DNA from: Chthoniobacterales bacterium
GTDB lineage: Bacteria; Verrucomicrobiota; Verrucomicrobiia; Chthoniobacterales; Chthoniobacteraceae
Reading direction: 5' to 3'
Length of the DNA stretch: 64,000 nt
Assembly (NCBI GenBank): GCA_038207335.1
Contig: JBBQZX010000012.1
Coordinates: 32,001 to 96,000, forward strand
The translations under genes were made by a program, and so were the position numbers. The notes under the pieces are model-generated. The model was not told the origin of the DNA and did no database searches. It worked only from the letters and a program-made list of their open reading frames with translations. Positions 1-9,507 of the stretch are shown here, in pieces (positions within the stretch are counted from its first letter, which is position 1; each line of letters opens with the position of its first letter).

Positions 1-1703
1 CCCGAGATCGTGAAGTAGTTGTTGTTCGTCGCGCCCGCGCCCGCGACGAGCGTGAATGTGAACACGTCATCGGGATTCCCATCCACCGCCTGCAGCCGCG
101 CTGCAAAGCTGCCGCCGACGTAAGTCGTGAACAGCGCCGCGCTGCTCAAGGTGAGGTCGGTCGGCGCGACCGGCGCGGGATTCACCGTGATTGAGACTGT
201 CGCGACGTTCGAGTCGGCGGTGCCGTCATTCGTTTTAAAAGTGAAGCTGTCGGCACCCGAATACCCCGCCGCCGGCGTAAACGTCCGACTCGTACCCGTG
301 CCGCTCAGCGCGCCATGCGCGGGCGGCGTCACGATCGTGTAGGTGAGTTGATTCAGCGGGGTATTCGGATCGTGCGCGATGAGCGTGAGCGCAGTCGCCG
401 TCTGATAGCCCGCTGTCACCGCGCTCTTCTCAGACACCGGCTGGCCCGGCACGACCACGATGGTCAAAGGTGTCGTCTGCGGCGTGCCGCCGTTCGTCGT
501 GGTGAGCGTGTAGGTCGTCGTCGTCTGCGGCGTCACGCTCACGTATCCGGCTGTGCCGGAGAGCGCGCCGATCCCTTGGTCGATCGAGCCCGTCGTGCCC
601 GCACCGCTCAGCAGATAGGACAGCCGCACCGTCGTCCCGCTGTAAATCGACACGCTCGGGAACGCCGTGAACGACGCCACGAGCGGCACCGTATCCGGCC
701 CATCTGCAATACTCGACGCGAGCCCCGAGTCCGTCATCGGTCCGTTCCAAAGCCGGAACTCGTTATAAGAGCCGTTCACGTTTGCGTCGCCGGTGAATTG
801 CGAACGCCCGAGCCAGTTGTTCACATCGACGATGGTCTGCAGCCGATACGACGTATTCAACTGCCCGACCAACTTGCCGTCTTTGTAGTAGCGGAGCTGC
901 GGCTGCCCGTTGTTTCCCGTCGCGTTGAAAGTCACGGCAAAGTGAAACTGCTGGCCGTAAACCGTCGAGTCGGTGAGATCCACATTCACCTCCGTCCCGC
1001 TGTGCTTGAATGCCAGCCGACGCTGCGCGGTGTTCGTCCCCGACTGCGCGCTCAGCGTGAGATACTCCAACCCAGCCGTATTATTCCCGCCGGGCCGGCC
1101 GGGGCCGATCAGTTCGCCTGCCGCGCCGCCGCTGCTCGTCTGATCGGACGAGCCGAAGTCGAAATACCGCGACCACGTCTGCGCGCCATCGAGCGTCATC
1201 CAACCCTCGATCGTCACCTCGTTGAGCGATGAAATGATTCCATTCGGCAGGTCGATGTAAGGCGCGCTGCCCGACGCCCCGCCCGGCAGCGACACCTGCG
1301 ACGCCGTCCGCGTGAACGTCGTCCCGCGCAATATCCCATTCCCGCTCGCCCCCGCCACGCTATCGAGCACCGTCGTTCCGCTCCCCTCATTGAAGCTCCA
1401 CCGATGCGTCAGCACAGGCGGCGCAAACTGCGTCGCGGTTGCCTGCGTCGTCGTGCCCGATGTCGAATCCGTGAGCGTGTAAGTCGTCGTCCCGCTGGGG
1501 ATCACCACCACGCTCCCCGTCGCGCCGCTCACAGCCCCAACACCGGGCGAAATCGCGATGCTATCCCCCGCCGACACGCTCCACGAGAGCGTCACCTCCT
1601 GCCCCGGTAGGAATGTCGTCGGATTCGCTGAGAACGAGATAATCCCCGCCGAGGCAGCCGCGGCGAAAAATACGGAGATCAGGCAGAGGAGGAACCGCAT
1701 CAT
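1..1703 (-). CDS. Secreted multidomain surface protein (signal peptide, LamG-like jellyroll, Ig/Big_9-like, cadherin-like); partial, runs off the left edge
   Basis: Not in the ORF track because there is no stop in the window. Manual translation from ATG 1703: MMRFLLCLISVFFAAAASAG (signal peptide), LTHRWSFNEGSGTTVLDS...PYIDLPNG...WSRYFDFG (LamG-like), LTYTIVTPPAHGALSG...YSGADSFTFKTND (Big_9-like), PTDLTLS...DGNPDDVFTFTLVAG (cadherin-like). Confidence 0.85.
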   Translation of the reverse strand, partial: MMRFLLCLISVFFAAAASAGIISFSANPTTFLPGQEVTLSWSVSAGDSIAISPGVGAVSGATGSVVVIPSGTTTYTLTDSTSGTTTQATATQFAPPVLTHRWSFNEGSGTTVLDSVAGASGNGILRGTTFTRTASQVSLPGGASGSAPYIDLPNGIISSLNEVTIEGWMTLDGAQTWSRYFDFGSSDQTSSGGAAGELIGPGRPGGNNTAGLEYLTLSAQSGTNTAQRRLAFKHSGTEVNVDLTDSTVYGQQFHFAVTFNATGNNGQPQLRYYKDGKLVGQLNTSYRLQTIVDVNNWLGRSQFTGDANVNGSYNEFRLWNGPMTDSGLASSIADGPDTVPLVASFTAFPSVSIYSGTTVRLSYLLSGAGTTGSIDQGIGALSGTAGYVSVTPQTTTTYTLTTTNGGTPQTTPLTIVVVPGQPVSEKSAVTAGYQTATALTLIAHDPNTPLNQLTYTIVTPPAHGALSGTGTSRTFTPAAGYSGADSFTFKTNDGTADSNVATVSITVNPAPVAPTDLTLSSAALFTTYVGGSFAARLQAVDGNPDDVFTFTLVAGAGATNNNYFTIS

Positions 1704-1848
1704 GGAATGTAATTCGATTCGCCCCTCATGCCATCGGCGATGAGCGTTTCCCCCGGACGCAGATGGGGGTGAAAACAGCTCCCGTTCGGACTGATAAACT
1801 TTGCCGACGCGGCGGAGTCGGCGTATCCCCGGAGGAGTTCAGCGCGGT

Positions 1849-4800
1849 TCAGGCCGAGCGGCGCCGGAAACGTCGCAAGCCCGCGAACGAGCCGAGACCG
1901 GTGAGCAGCATTGCGATCGAACCGGGCTCCGGGACGGCGGTGAGGGTCACGTCGTTGCCGGTGCCGCCGAGGTAGGAGATGACGAGTTCCTGTCCGCCAA
2001 CGAAGAAGTGTTTGCCCTCGGTGAGCTGCCCGGCTCCAGGCGTGAAGAAGTTCGCAGCGATCGCATTTCCACCCGTGTTGTCCACGACGAGCCAGCTTTG
2101 ATTGTAGGCGGGCGTGTAGCCTAGCGTGATGGCGAGGAACGTGTTGCTCGCGAGGCTCACATCCGGCGCGACGAGTTTGTCGAAAGTCGCGACTCCAGTG
2201 ATATCGAGCGCCAGCGTGGAATTCGTCGCGAAAGCGACCGGATTGTTGAACGTCAGCGTGCCAACGTTCGATCCTGGATTCACGGTGCCAGTGACGCTAA
2301 CTCCGCCATTCACGGTGCCGCTGCCTTTCAGCGTCTGCGCCGCGCCGACGGTGAAGCCACCTGCTCCGCTCACGTCGAAGATTGCACCGCCGCGGACGTC
2401 GATCGAGGTCGAGCCGCTGATACTGCCTGTCAGCGCCAGCGTCCCCGCTTCGATCACCGTCGGCCCTGCATACGTGTTCGTCGCCGAGAGCGTCAGCGTG
2501 CCAGCGCCTTGCTTCGTGAAGCCGCCGGTATTCGCGTTCGCTGCGAGCACCGCGCTGCCGACGCTGGCCGCCGTGGACGCGCCGCCGCCGACGAGCACGA
2601 CGCTCGGCGAGGTGTAGCCCGTGCCGGGGCTCGTGATCGTGATGCCGGTGAGCAGGCCCGTTGCTTCGTCAAAATTCGCGACGGCAGTCGCGCCAATGCC
2701 GGTCGGATCAGTGATATCCACGATCGGACGTCCGATGTATCCGGCGCCATTTCCGATGAGGGGAATCGACTGGACGCCGTTGCCTGTAGGGGCGACGAGC
2801 GCGTTGGTGGCATTGGTCACGTTGAAGCCGTTCGTGTCGATCGTCGCGCCGCCAGTGTGGACGAGGACGGCGTCGAGATTCGTATCGAGCAGGTTGCCGG
2901 CGGCTGCAGCAATGAGCTTCCCACCGTTGAGATTGACAACCGCAGCACCGAGCGCCTGCCCGGCGAAGATGTGCCCGAGCTGAACCTGCCCGCCATCATG
3001 CACGGTAAGGGAACTCTGATCACCTGCGAAGGCCGCGTTGATCAAGTTGAGATCGCTCAGCGGCCCGCCAGTGATGAGCCCGCCCGTCCCTACGTCGATG
3101 ACTGTGTTGTATCGGACAGTAGCGAGTTGATCCGCGTAGAAATGGCCCGGGATATTCGGAGTAGTCAGCGTGCCGCCTTGCACGAGGACCATGGCATTGG
3201 TGGCATTCACAGCATTCGTGCGATTTAGAGTCAACCACGCCGCCGCTGTCACCGAGCCAGAACGAACCTCGAACACCCCGCTGCCACCCCCTGCGCCGCC
3301 GACGCCAACCTCTTGATAAGTCGCCGGAACAGCAGTGTCGTGCAGGTAGAAACCGTAGGCATTCGTCGCATTGCCGAGCGCGAAGTGCGTCACGCTCGCG
3401 CCCGAACGGTCGATTAGCGTCCCGCGATTGTAGATCGCGCCAGAGCCGCCAGCGGCGTTGCCGACAAGGACTTGGTTCACGCTCGCGGTGGTGCCAGCGC
3501 CGATTTTCAACAAGCCGCGCCCACCGAAGCCAACTTCGATATTCCCACCGGAAAACAGCTGCGCGGAGCCTGAGAGAGTCGCCGTCGAGAAAGAGCCCGG
3601 ACTTTCAGCCAGCCGCACCCCGATGCTCGCATTTGCCGCGCCAGTGCCGCTGATGTTAATGATTGGGTTTGCATTGTATCCCGCAACGCCGTTGGCGAAC
3701 CCCGTGTAGAGATATTGTGAGTTCAGCGTGCCGCCGGTGATGTTCAGCGCCGAACTCAAGCCGGTCGTGCCGTTGCCGCGCCCGATGCTAAGGTAGGTGC
3801 CGACGTTGAGTGTCCCGCTTGCCAGTGTGAGGTTGACCTGGTTCGGCGTGTTGTCGCCGACCGCGAATTCGGAACCGCTGACCGCATACGTCGCGGCTGC
3901 ACCGCCATCGAGGGTCAAACTGCCCTCCTGCAAGACTGCCGTTATTCCCGTCGCGCCGCTGGCTGCCAACACGTTCGCTCCGGCGTTGCTGATCGTCAGG
4001 CTGCCGCCGCCGCGTTTCACCAGCGTGCCGCCGTTGTTGCTCACGAGTCCCGTGAAGTTCGCAGAAGTCCCCGTGGCGATATCGAACGCGAAGTTCCCGG
4101 TGCCATTCGCAGTACCGCTGTTGGTGCCGTCGCCGACGCTTCGGACCGTTCCGCCATTGATGTCCAGCGCGATCGGCTGCGCGAGCGTCACCGAGCCGCC
4201 GCCGCTGAGCCGAAGCACACCGCCATTTTTCTCGACGATCGAGGTGGCACCGTTCAGCGCCGCTGCCCCTGATACGTCGAGCGTGCCGGAGTTAATCGTG
4301 GCTGCGCCGCCCAGTGCGTTGCTCCCGGAGAGCAGCACCGTGCCCGCGCCGGTCAGAGTCACGCGTTGCCCGCCGCTGATATTCCCCAAGAGGGTCAGTG
4401 TGGTGCCCGCCGCAGCAGCCAGATTCGTGGGATTCACCAGTGCAATCGGCGCCGAGATGCTGTGGCTGCCGGTGACCGTGCTGATCGCAGCGGTCCCGAT
4501 TCCATTGTCCACGGTGATCGTGCCGCCAGTGCCCTGCGTCACATTGTAAGTGTTTGAGTTGTCGAAGATGATCGTCCCGACGGTCTTCGAACCATCGAGC
4601 GTGACCGTCGCGGGCGCATTCGGGGCATTCAGCACAGACCCGAAGGTGGCTGAAGCGCCAGCGGAGTTCGGTACGCCGCCCGTCCAGTTCACCGGACTGG
4701 TCCACGAACCGCTGCCGTCCGTCGCCCACGCAGTCACGACTGCGTCGCCGATGCTGAGCTCGATCCTCGAGGCACCGACGTTGTTGTTGATCCCGTAGAA

Positions 4801-7800
4801 TTTCCCCGGCTGGCTGTTCGCGACTGTGAATGCGCCGGTGAGGCTACCATTGAACGCGGTGTTGTAGGTAAACAGCGGATACGTCCCATTTTCGGCAAAA
4901 GGGGTCGTGCCGCCTGTCAGGTAGAGGTTCAGCGAAGCCGTACCGAGCGTCAGCCCGCTCGCGGCGGAAATCGCGATGATGTCATTAGCCAATCCGGCGC
5001 CACCGGCGTTGAACTCGAAATCCACGCCGCCAGTTGTGTTGAAAGTGAGCGCCGGCACCGTGAGGGTCCCTACTGCTTGGTAAGCCGGAGCGAGACGCCC
5101 GCCATTGATCACATACGGGGCGACGCGCGTCCCGCTCGCGGCGAGCACGCCCGCCGTCGCGATCGTGTTCCCAGTGTGAAGATTCGCACCGCTCAGGATC
5201 AGCGTGCCAAGTCCGATCTTGTTGAGATTCCCGTTCGTCGCAGCGGAGCCGCCCGTGAGGGTGAGCGCAGTGGCCGCCGTGCTCACGTCGAGCGTCGCGG
5301 TCTTTCCGGCGTTGATCGTAAAATTGCGATCGGTTGAGCCGGTCGCTCCGGTGTATTGCAGCGTGCCACCATCAAACACGAGATTCGCAGCCGCATTCGA
5401 CGAAGCGCCGAGCGGGCTGGCGACGCCGCCATTTCCAATGACAGCAACGCCGAGCGTGCCCGCGCTAATCGTTGTCGCGCCGAGGTAGCTATTCGCGCCG
5501 GAGAGCGTGAGCGTGCCAGCACCCGCCTTGGTCACGCCGCCCGTCGTCACATTCGCGCCGGTCGTCGCGGCACCCGTGGTCGCGGCGGTCGTCGGACCGC
5601 CACCCGCGAGCACGATCGCGGGCGCGCCCGTGTAGTTGATGCCCGGATTCGTAATCGTGAATCCGGTGAGCACGCCGTTCGTGATGATCGCGCGCGCAGT
5701 TGCTCCGGTGCCGCCGCCACCTGTGATGTTGACAATCGGCTCGCCGACGTAGCCCGCGCCACCCGTCGTGATCGGGATCGAAACGATCCCCGCTCCGCCA
5801 GGCGCGGCGAGATTCTGGGCGATCGTCGCGGCGAAAATACCAGAGTCGAGCGTGATACCCGCCGGCCCGACGACGGCATTGTCCAGACCCGTGATGAAGT
5901 TCACTTCATTCGCGACCGGCTTCACGGTGCCTCCGTTCAGATAAAGGAAGCTCGTCCCGCCGCCGTCGCCGATTCGCACCGCAGTGAGCGCACCACCGAT
6001 CACATTGAAAATACCCTGCGCTGTCCCAGCAGCGCTCAGCCGCAGTCCCGCGCCGTTCGTCGAGTTGGCATTGATCGTGCCGCCCGGCAGCAGATTCACC
6101 ACACCCTTACCCTGCTCACCCACCAGAAACGCAGTCGCCCCGCCACCGTTGTGAGTCAGCACACCGCCGCTGCTCACGTTCACCAAGCCATTGCTCGCCG
6201 CGCCATTTCGCGCCGGAGAAAGCCACCCGGTGAAAGTCGCAGTGCCGCCCGTTTGATTGAAAACGCCCGCGCCGGAAAATCCGATTTGGAAGTTGTTCGC
6301 AGGGCTCAGCATACCGGCGCTCAAATTGTAGATGCCATACGCTGTCGCATTAGAGCCGAACTGCCATTCTCCGCCGCCAGTGCCGTTCACTAAACCGTTC
6401 GTCTGATTGAACACACCGACCGCTCCGATTCCCTTGCCGTTGAAAAGCGTGCCGATCGTCAGCGTTCCCGTCGATTGCATGTTGACCGTCCCGCGCGCCG
6501 TTCCCACATCCCCGAGGTTGAAATCAACCGCTCCCGTATTCAGCGATCCGCCTCCGATCAAATTGAGCGTCCCGTTGTCCCCCGCGTTTACGCCGATGCT
6601 GTTGAAAACGCTGCCGGTATTGACACCCGAAAGCGTCACGCTCCCCTGATTGATTCGGAAACTTGCGATCGTATTCGTGGCGCTCAAAAGCAACGCACCT
6701 GTCCCCGTTTTCGTCAGCACTCCCGTCGTCCCGCCACCCGTCACAGCCCCACTGAGTTCCCCCTCGATCGCTGCCGCTCCATCCCGCACGTCGATCGTTC
6801 GCGCCACGTTCCCGAATGAAAGAGGCGTGCTGAAAATAACCTTGTTGGTCGCATTCGCGGATCCGAAGCCCAAGATCGTCGGGTTGAAACCGGCTGTGGT
6901 TCCCCACACGATTTGAGGAGCTCCTAGATTCACGGTGCGATCGGCACCCAGGGCTGCCAGATAATCCGTGCCCGCGCCAAAATTGATCAAGCTCGTTCCG
7001 GTAGCGACTGTGGTTCCCAATGTGCGGGTGAGGTTGCCGGAATTCAGTTCCAGAGTCGCAGTCAATGCACCGCCCGGCTCGAAGCGGAGGTAGGACGTAG
7101 GTGCCAGAGCGGTTGCGCTCGAAATCCGCAGCGTGCCCCCTTCACGGATCAGCGTGTCGCCAGTGTAAGTGTTCGTTCCCGAGAGATTCAACAGTCCGCC
7201 CGTCGCTTGGAAAAGCAGTGCCGTCGGTTTTCCCACGCCGCCATCGACGATGCTGCCCGCAAAGTCGCCCGCTTTCACCCGGATGCTCGTCGCCACGCCG
7301 CCGCCTGCACTCGATGCGCTCGTGATCGTACCGCTTCCAGTCAGATTGTTGATGAAGCGCAGGGTTGCCGGTGTTGTCGTCGAGGATTGATCGTAAGTGC
7401 CACTGACCACAACATCGTTCCCCGTCGTGGCAAACGTGTCTCCCGACGCGATCAACGTCGAACCGACTCCCACGTTGTAGGCACCCGTGAGCGTGTTCGT
7501 CGTGGAGGTCAGCGTCAGCGTTCCGCCGCCCGTGAGATTCAGCCCGACCGTCCCCGCCAGCGTCGATCCGATGCTCGCAGCGATGCCCGTGCCGAGGGTG
7601 AAAGTGTTTCCTGTCAGATTCAGCGTACCTCCGGTGAGCGAGTAGCCAGTCGTATTGAAAGTGAGGCCGTTCACTCCTGCGATGGAGCCGCTCACGCCGA
7701 CCGCACCCACCGCACCGCCAAAGGTCGCCGTATTGCCCGCCGCCCACGGCACATCCGATCCGCCAAAAAACCAATTGGCCGTGGCGTTATCATCGATCCA

Positions 7801-7971
7801 TGTCCCGGTGCCTCCTGCCCCGGCGGAGCCCCAGTTGTAAACGGCTGCCTGGGAAGAAGTGACTCCTGCGACGACTCCGATGGCGAGGAGCGTTGAGATC
7901 GAGCCCGCGAGCGCGCGTCGGCGAGCGGGAGTTGAGATGCTGCTGGTGAGGTTGGAACGGCGGATTTTCAT
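1849..7971 (-). CDS. PEP-CTERM surface protein with autotransporter-associated beta-strand repeats (~2040 aa)
   Basis: Signal-like N-terminus from MKIRRS (ATG 7971); repeated LTKxGxGTLxLSGxNTY units; C-terminal VPEPGSIAMLLTGLGSFAGLRRFRRR sorting signal; no beta-barrel. Confidence 0.92.
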   Translation of the reverse strand: MKIRRSNLTSSISTPARRRALAGSISTLLAIGVVAGVTSSQAAVYNWGSAGAGGTGTWIDDNATANWFFGGSDVPWAAGNTATFGGAVGAVGVSGSIAGVNGLTFNTTGYSLTGGTLNLTGNTFTLGTGIAASIGSTLAGTVGLNLTGGGTLTLTSTTNTLTGAYNVGVGSTLIASGDTFATTGNDVVVSGTYDQSSTTTPATLRFINNLTGSGTITSASSAGGGVATSIRVKAGDFAGSIVDGGVGKPTALLFQATGGLLNLSGTNTYTGDTLIREGGTLRISSATALAPTSYLRFEPGGALTATLELNSGNLTRTLGTTVATGTSLINFGAGTDYLAALGADRTVNLGAPQIVWGTTAGFNPTILGFGSANATNKVIFSTPLSFGNVARTIDVRDGAAAIEGELSGAVTGGGTTGVLTKTGTGALLLSATNTIASFRINQGSVTLSGVNTGSVFNSIGVNAGDNGTLNLIGGGSLNTGAVDFNLGDVGTARGTVNMQSTGTLTIGTLFNGKGIGAVGVFNQTNGLVNGTGGGEWQFGSNATAYGIYNLSAGMLSPANNFQIGFSGAGVFNQTGGTATFTGWLSPARNGAASNGLVNVSSGGVLTHNGGGATAFLVGEQGKGVVNLLPGGTINANSTNGAGLRLSAAGTAQGIFNVIGGALTAVRIGDGGGTSFLYLNGGTVKPVANEVNFITGLDNAVVGPAGITLDSGIFAATIAQNLAAPGGAGIVSIPITTGGAGYVGEPIVNITGGGGTGATARAIITNGVLTGFTITNPGINYTGAPAIVLAGGGPTTAATTGAATTGANVTTGGVTKAGAGTLTLSGANSYLGATTISAGTLGVAVIGNGGVASPLGASSNAAANLVFDGGTLQYTGATGSTDRNFTINAGKTATLDVSTAATALTLTGGSAATNGNLNKIGLGTLILSGANLHTGNTIATAGVLAASGTRVAPYVINGGRLAPAYQAVGTLTVPALTFNTTGGVDFEFNAGGAGLANDIIAISAASGLTLGTASLNLYLTGGTTPFAENGTYPLFTYNTAFNGSLTGAFTVANSQPGKFYGINNNVGASRIELSIGDAVVTAWATDGSGSWTSPVNWTGGVPNSAGASATFGSVLNAPNAPATVTLDGSKTVGTIIFDNSNTYNVTQGTGGTITVDNGIGTAAISTVTGSHSISAPIALVNPTNLAAAAGTTLTLLGNISGGQRVTLTGAGTVLLSGSNALGGAATINSGTLDVSGAAALNGATSIVEKNGGVLRLSGGGSVTLAQPIALDINGGTVRSVGDGTNSGTANGTGNFAFDIATGTSANFTGLVSNNGGTLVKRGGGSLTISNAGANVLAASGATGITAVLQEGSLTLDGGAAATYAVSGSEFAVGDNTPNQVNLTLASGTLNVGTYLSIGRGNGTTGLSSALNITGGTLNSQYLYTGFANGVAGYNANPIINISGTGAANASIGVRLAESPGSFSTATLSGSAQLFSGGNIEVGFGGRGLLKIGAGTTASVNQVLVGNAAGGSGAIYNRGTLIDRSGASVTHFALGNATNAYGFYLHDTAVPATYQEVGVGGAGGGSGVFEVRSGSVTAAAWLTLNRTNAVNATNAMVLVQGGTLTTPNIPGHFYADQLATVRYNTVIDVGTGGLITGGPLSDLNLINAAFAGDQSSLTVHDGGQVQLGHIFAGQALGAAVVNLNGGKLIAAAAGNLLDTNLDAVLVHTGGATIDTNGFNVTNATNALVAPTGNGVQSIPLIGNGAGYIGRPIVDITDPTGIGATAVANFDEATGLLTGITITSPGTGYTSPSVVLVGGGASTAASVGSAVLAANANTGGFTKQGAGTLTLSATNTYAGPTVIEAGTLALTGSISGSTSIDVRGGAIFDVSGAGGFTVGAAQTLKGSGTVNGGVSVTGTVNPGSNVGTLTFNNPVAFATNSTLALDITGVATFDKLVAPDVSLASNTFLAITLGYTPAYNQSWLVVDNTGGNAIAANFFTPGAGQLTEGKHFFVGGQELVISYLGGTGNDVTLTAVPEPGSIAMLLTGLGSFAGLRRFRRRSA

Positions 7972-8093
7972 GGACGGATAGGGGCTTGGCGTGTTGGGGG
8001 GCAGGGACAGAAAAGGGGGGAGCAACCGCGGCGACGACTGGTGGCGTGATTTCGGGCGGATGGGATAGTTACTTCACGAAAGCAATTCCGAAA

Positions 8094-8132
8094 ATGAGAC
8101 TTCACGCATTTGACATGAGGTTTTGCGCAAAA
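8094..8132 (-). promoter_or_regulatory. Candidate XylR/AraC-type operator: imperfect 15-bp direct repeat at 21-bp spacing, overlapping the palindrome TTTTGCGCAAAA
   Basis: On the + strand ATGAGACTTCACGCA (8094-8108) and ATGAGGTTTTGCGCA (8115-8129), 11/15 identical; perfect 12-bp palindrome 8121-8132; lies between the regulator stop and the PEP-CTERM start. Confidence 0.4.
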
Positions 8133-8134
8133 TG

Positions 8135-9337
8135 TCACTTTCGCGCCCCCTGATGCCGGAGCCGGTAACTGCTCGGCGGCTCGCCGTTTCGCTTGCGAAA
8201 AACCGTGCTGAGATACTCCACATGGCGGAACCCAGTTCGCTCGGCGATTTCCGCCAGCGTCATGCCGCTCTGGCGCAGCAGTTCCTTCACGCGATCGAGT
8301 TGCACGCGCATGATTTCGTCGTGCGGTGTGTGTTTCAGAAGCGCCTGAAATCGCGTCTCCAGCAGCCTGCGCGATAGCCCAGCCTCGCGCGCCACGTCGT
8401 TTACATCGATGCCCCGGCACGCCTCGCGCCGAATGAAATTCAACGCCTGCGCCACCTGCCGGTCCGCGACCGCCAACACATCAGTGCTCTGCCGAGTGGC
8501 CACGCCCGTCGGCGGGAGGAGAAACATGCGCGGTTCCACATGCTCGCCGGCCATCATCCGATCAAGCAACAGCGCGGCCTGTCGCCCCGCCCCACGCGCA
8601 TCCGGGACGATGCTGGAAAGCGGGGGCGGCGACAATTCGCAGAGCACCGCGTCGTTATCCACGCCCAGCACTGCGACCTCTTCCGGAACTGCGATCCCCT
8701 TTCTCCGGCACGCATCGAGCACCTGCCGCCCGCGCGCATCGTAGCACGCAAAGACTGCGAGCGGCTTCGGGAGCCCCGCCAGCCAGCCCGCCATCGCCGC
8801 CACGTCCGCATCGCCTACCGCTTCTCCCGCGTCAAAAACATGGCACGAGTGACCGTTTTGCTCGACGCATTTCGCGAAATGCTCGCCACGCAGAGTCGAC
8901 CAGTGAAAACGCGCATCACCGCAAAACGCGAAATTCTGGAACCCACGCTCCGAGAAATGCTCGAACGCCACGCGGGCAAACTCCGCATCGTCAGTCTCCA
9001 CGCACGGCATCCCTTCCAATAAAACCGCCGCGCTCACATTCACCAGCGGAAGCCGCGTCGCCGCCACAGCCCTCGTGATCGCTGCATTTTCCCCCCGCAC
9101 GATGATCCCGTCCCCGTCCCAGGATTGAAGCCACGCCGGGGGCACCGCGCCGCGTCCGCTCTCCGCGAGATGGATGCTCCACGGGCCGTTCCCTCGCAGA
9201 TAATCCTGCACACCTTCGAGCAGCCCACGTGCGTACGCGTTCGAGGTCTCGATGAGCAGCGCCACCTTCGGAATTGCAGACGCCGAGCGCGTCGCCCGCA
9301 GGAGGCGTGCCTTTGGCTTGCGAGAGGTGGGCTTCAT
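8135..9337 (-). CDS. XylR-family transcriptional regulator (LacI-type sugar-binding domain plus AraC HTH)
   Basis: KVALLIETSNAYARGLLEG N-terminus, VPEEVAVLGVDND...PPLSSI, C-terminal GLSRRLLETRF...LAEIAERTGF...YLSTVFRK AraC double HTH; start placed at MKPTSRK (9337). Confidence 0.9.
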   Translation of the reverse strand: MKPTSRKPKARLLRATRSASAIPKVALLIETSNAYARGLLEGVQDYLRGNGPWSIHLAESGRGAVPPAWLQSWDGDGIIVRGENAAITRAVAATRLPLVNVSAAVLLEGMPCVETDDAEFARVAFEHFSERGFQNFAFCGDARFHWSTLRGEHFAKCVEQNGHSCHVFDAGEAVGDADVAAMAGWLAGLPKPLAVFACYDARGRQVLDACRRKGIAVPEEVAVLGVDNDAVLCELSPPPLSSIVPDARGAGRQAALLLDRMMAGEHVEPRMFLLPPTGVATRQSTDVLAVADRQVAQALNFIRREACRGIDVNDVAREAGLSRRLLETRFQALLKHTPHDEIMRVQLDRVKELLRQSGMTLAEIAERTGFRHVEYLSTVFRKRNGEPPSSYRLRHQGARK

Positions 9338-9507
9338 GGGGGAAACCGAGAGCGTGTCAGGATATGTCTGTGGGAGGAACAACACCTAACCGTAACGAGC
9401 CCGAAACAATCCCGTCCATGAGGTTGCCGGTCAGATTTTGGAGAAATCCGGTCGCGCAATTTTCTACAAGAGCGAAGAGGCTGCGAACCCCGCTCCCATC
9501 CCAACGC

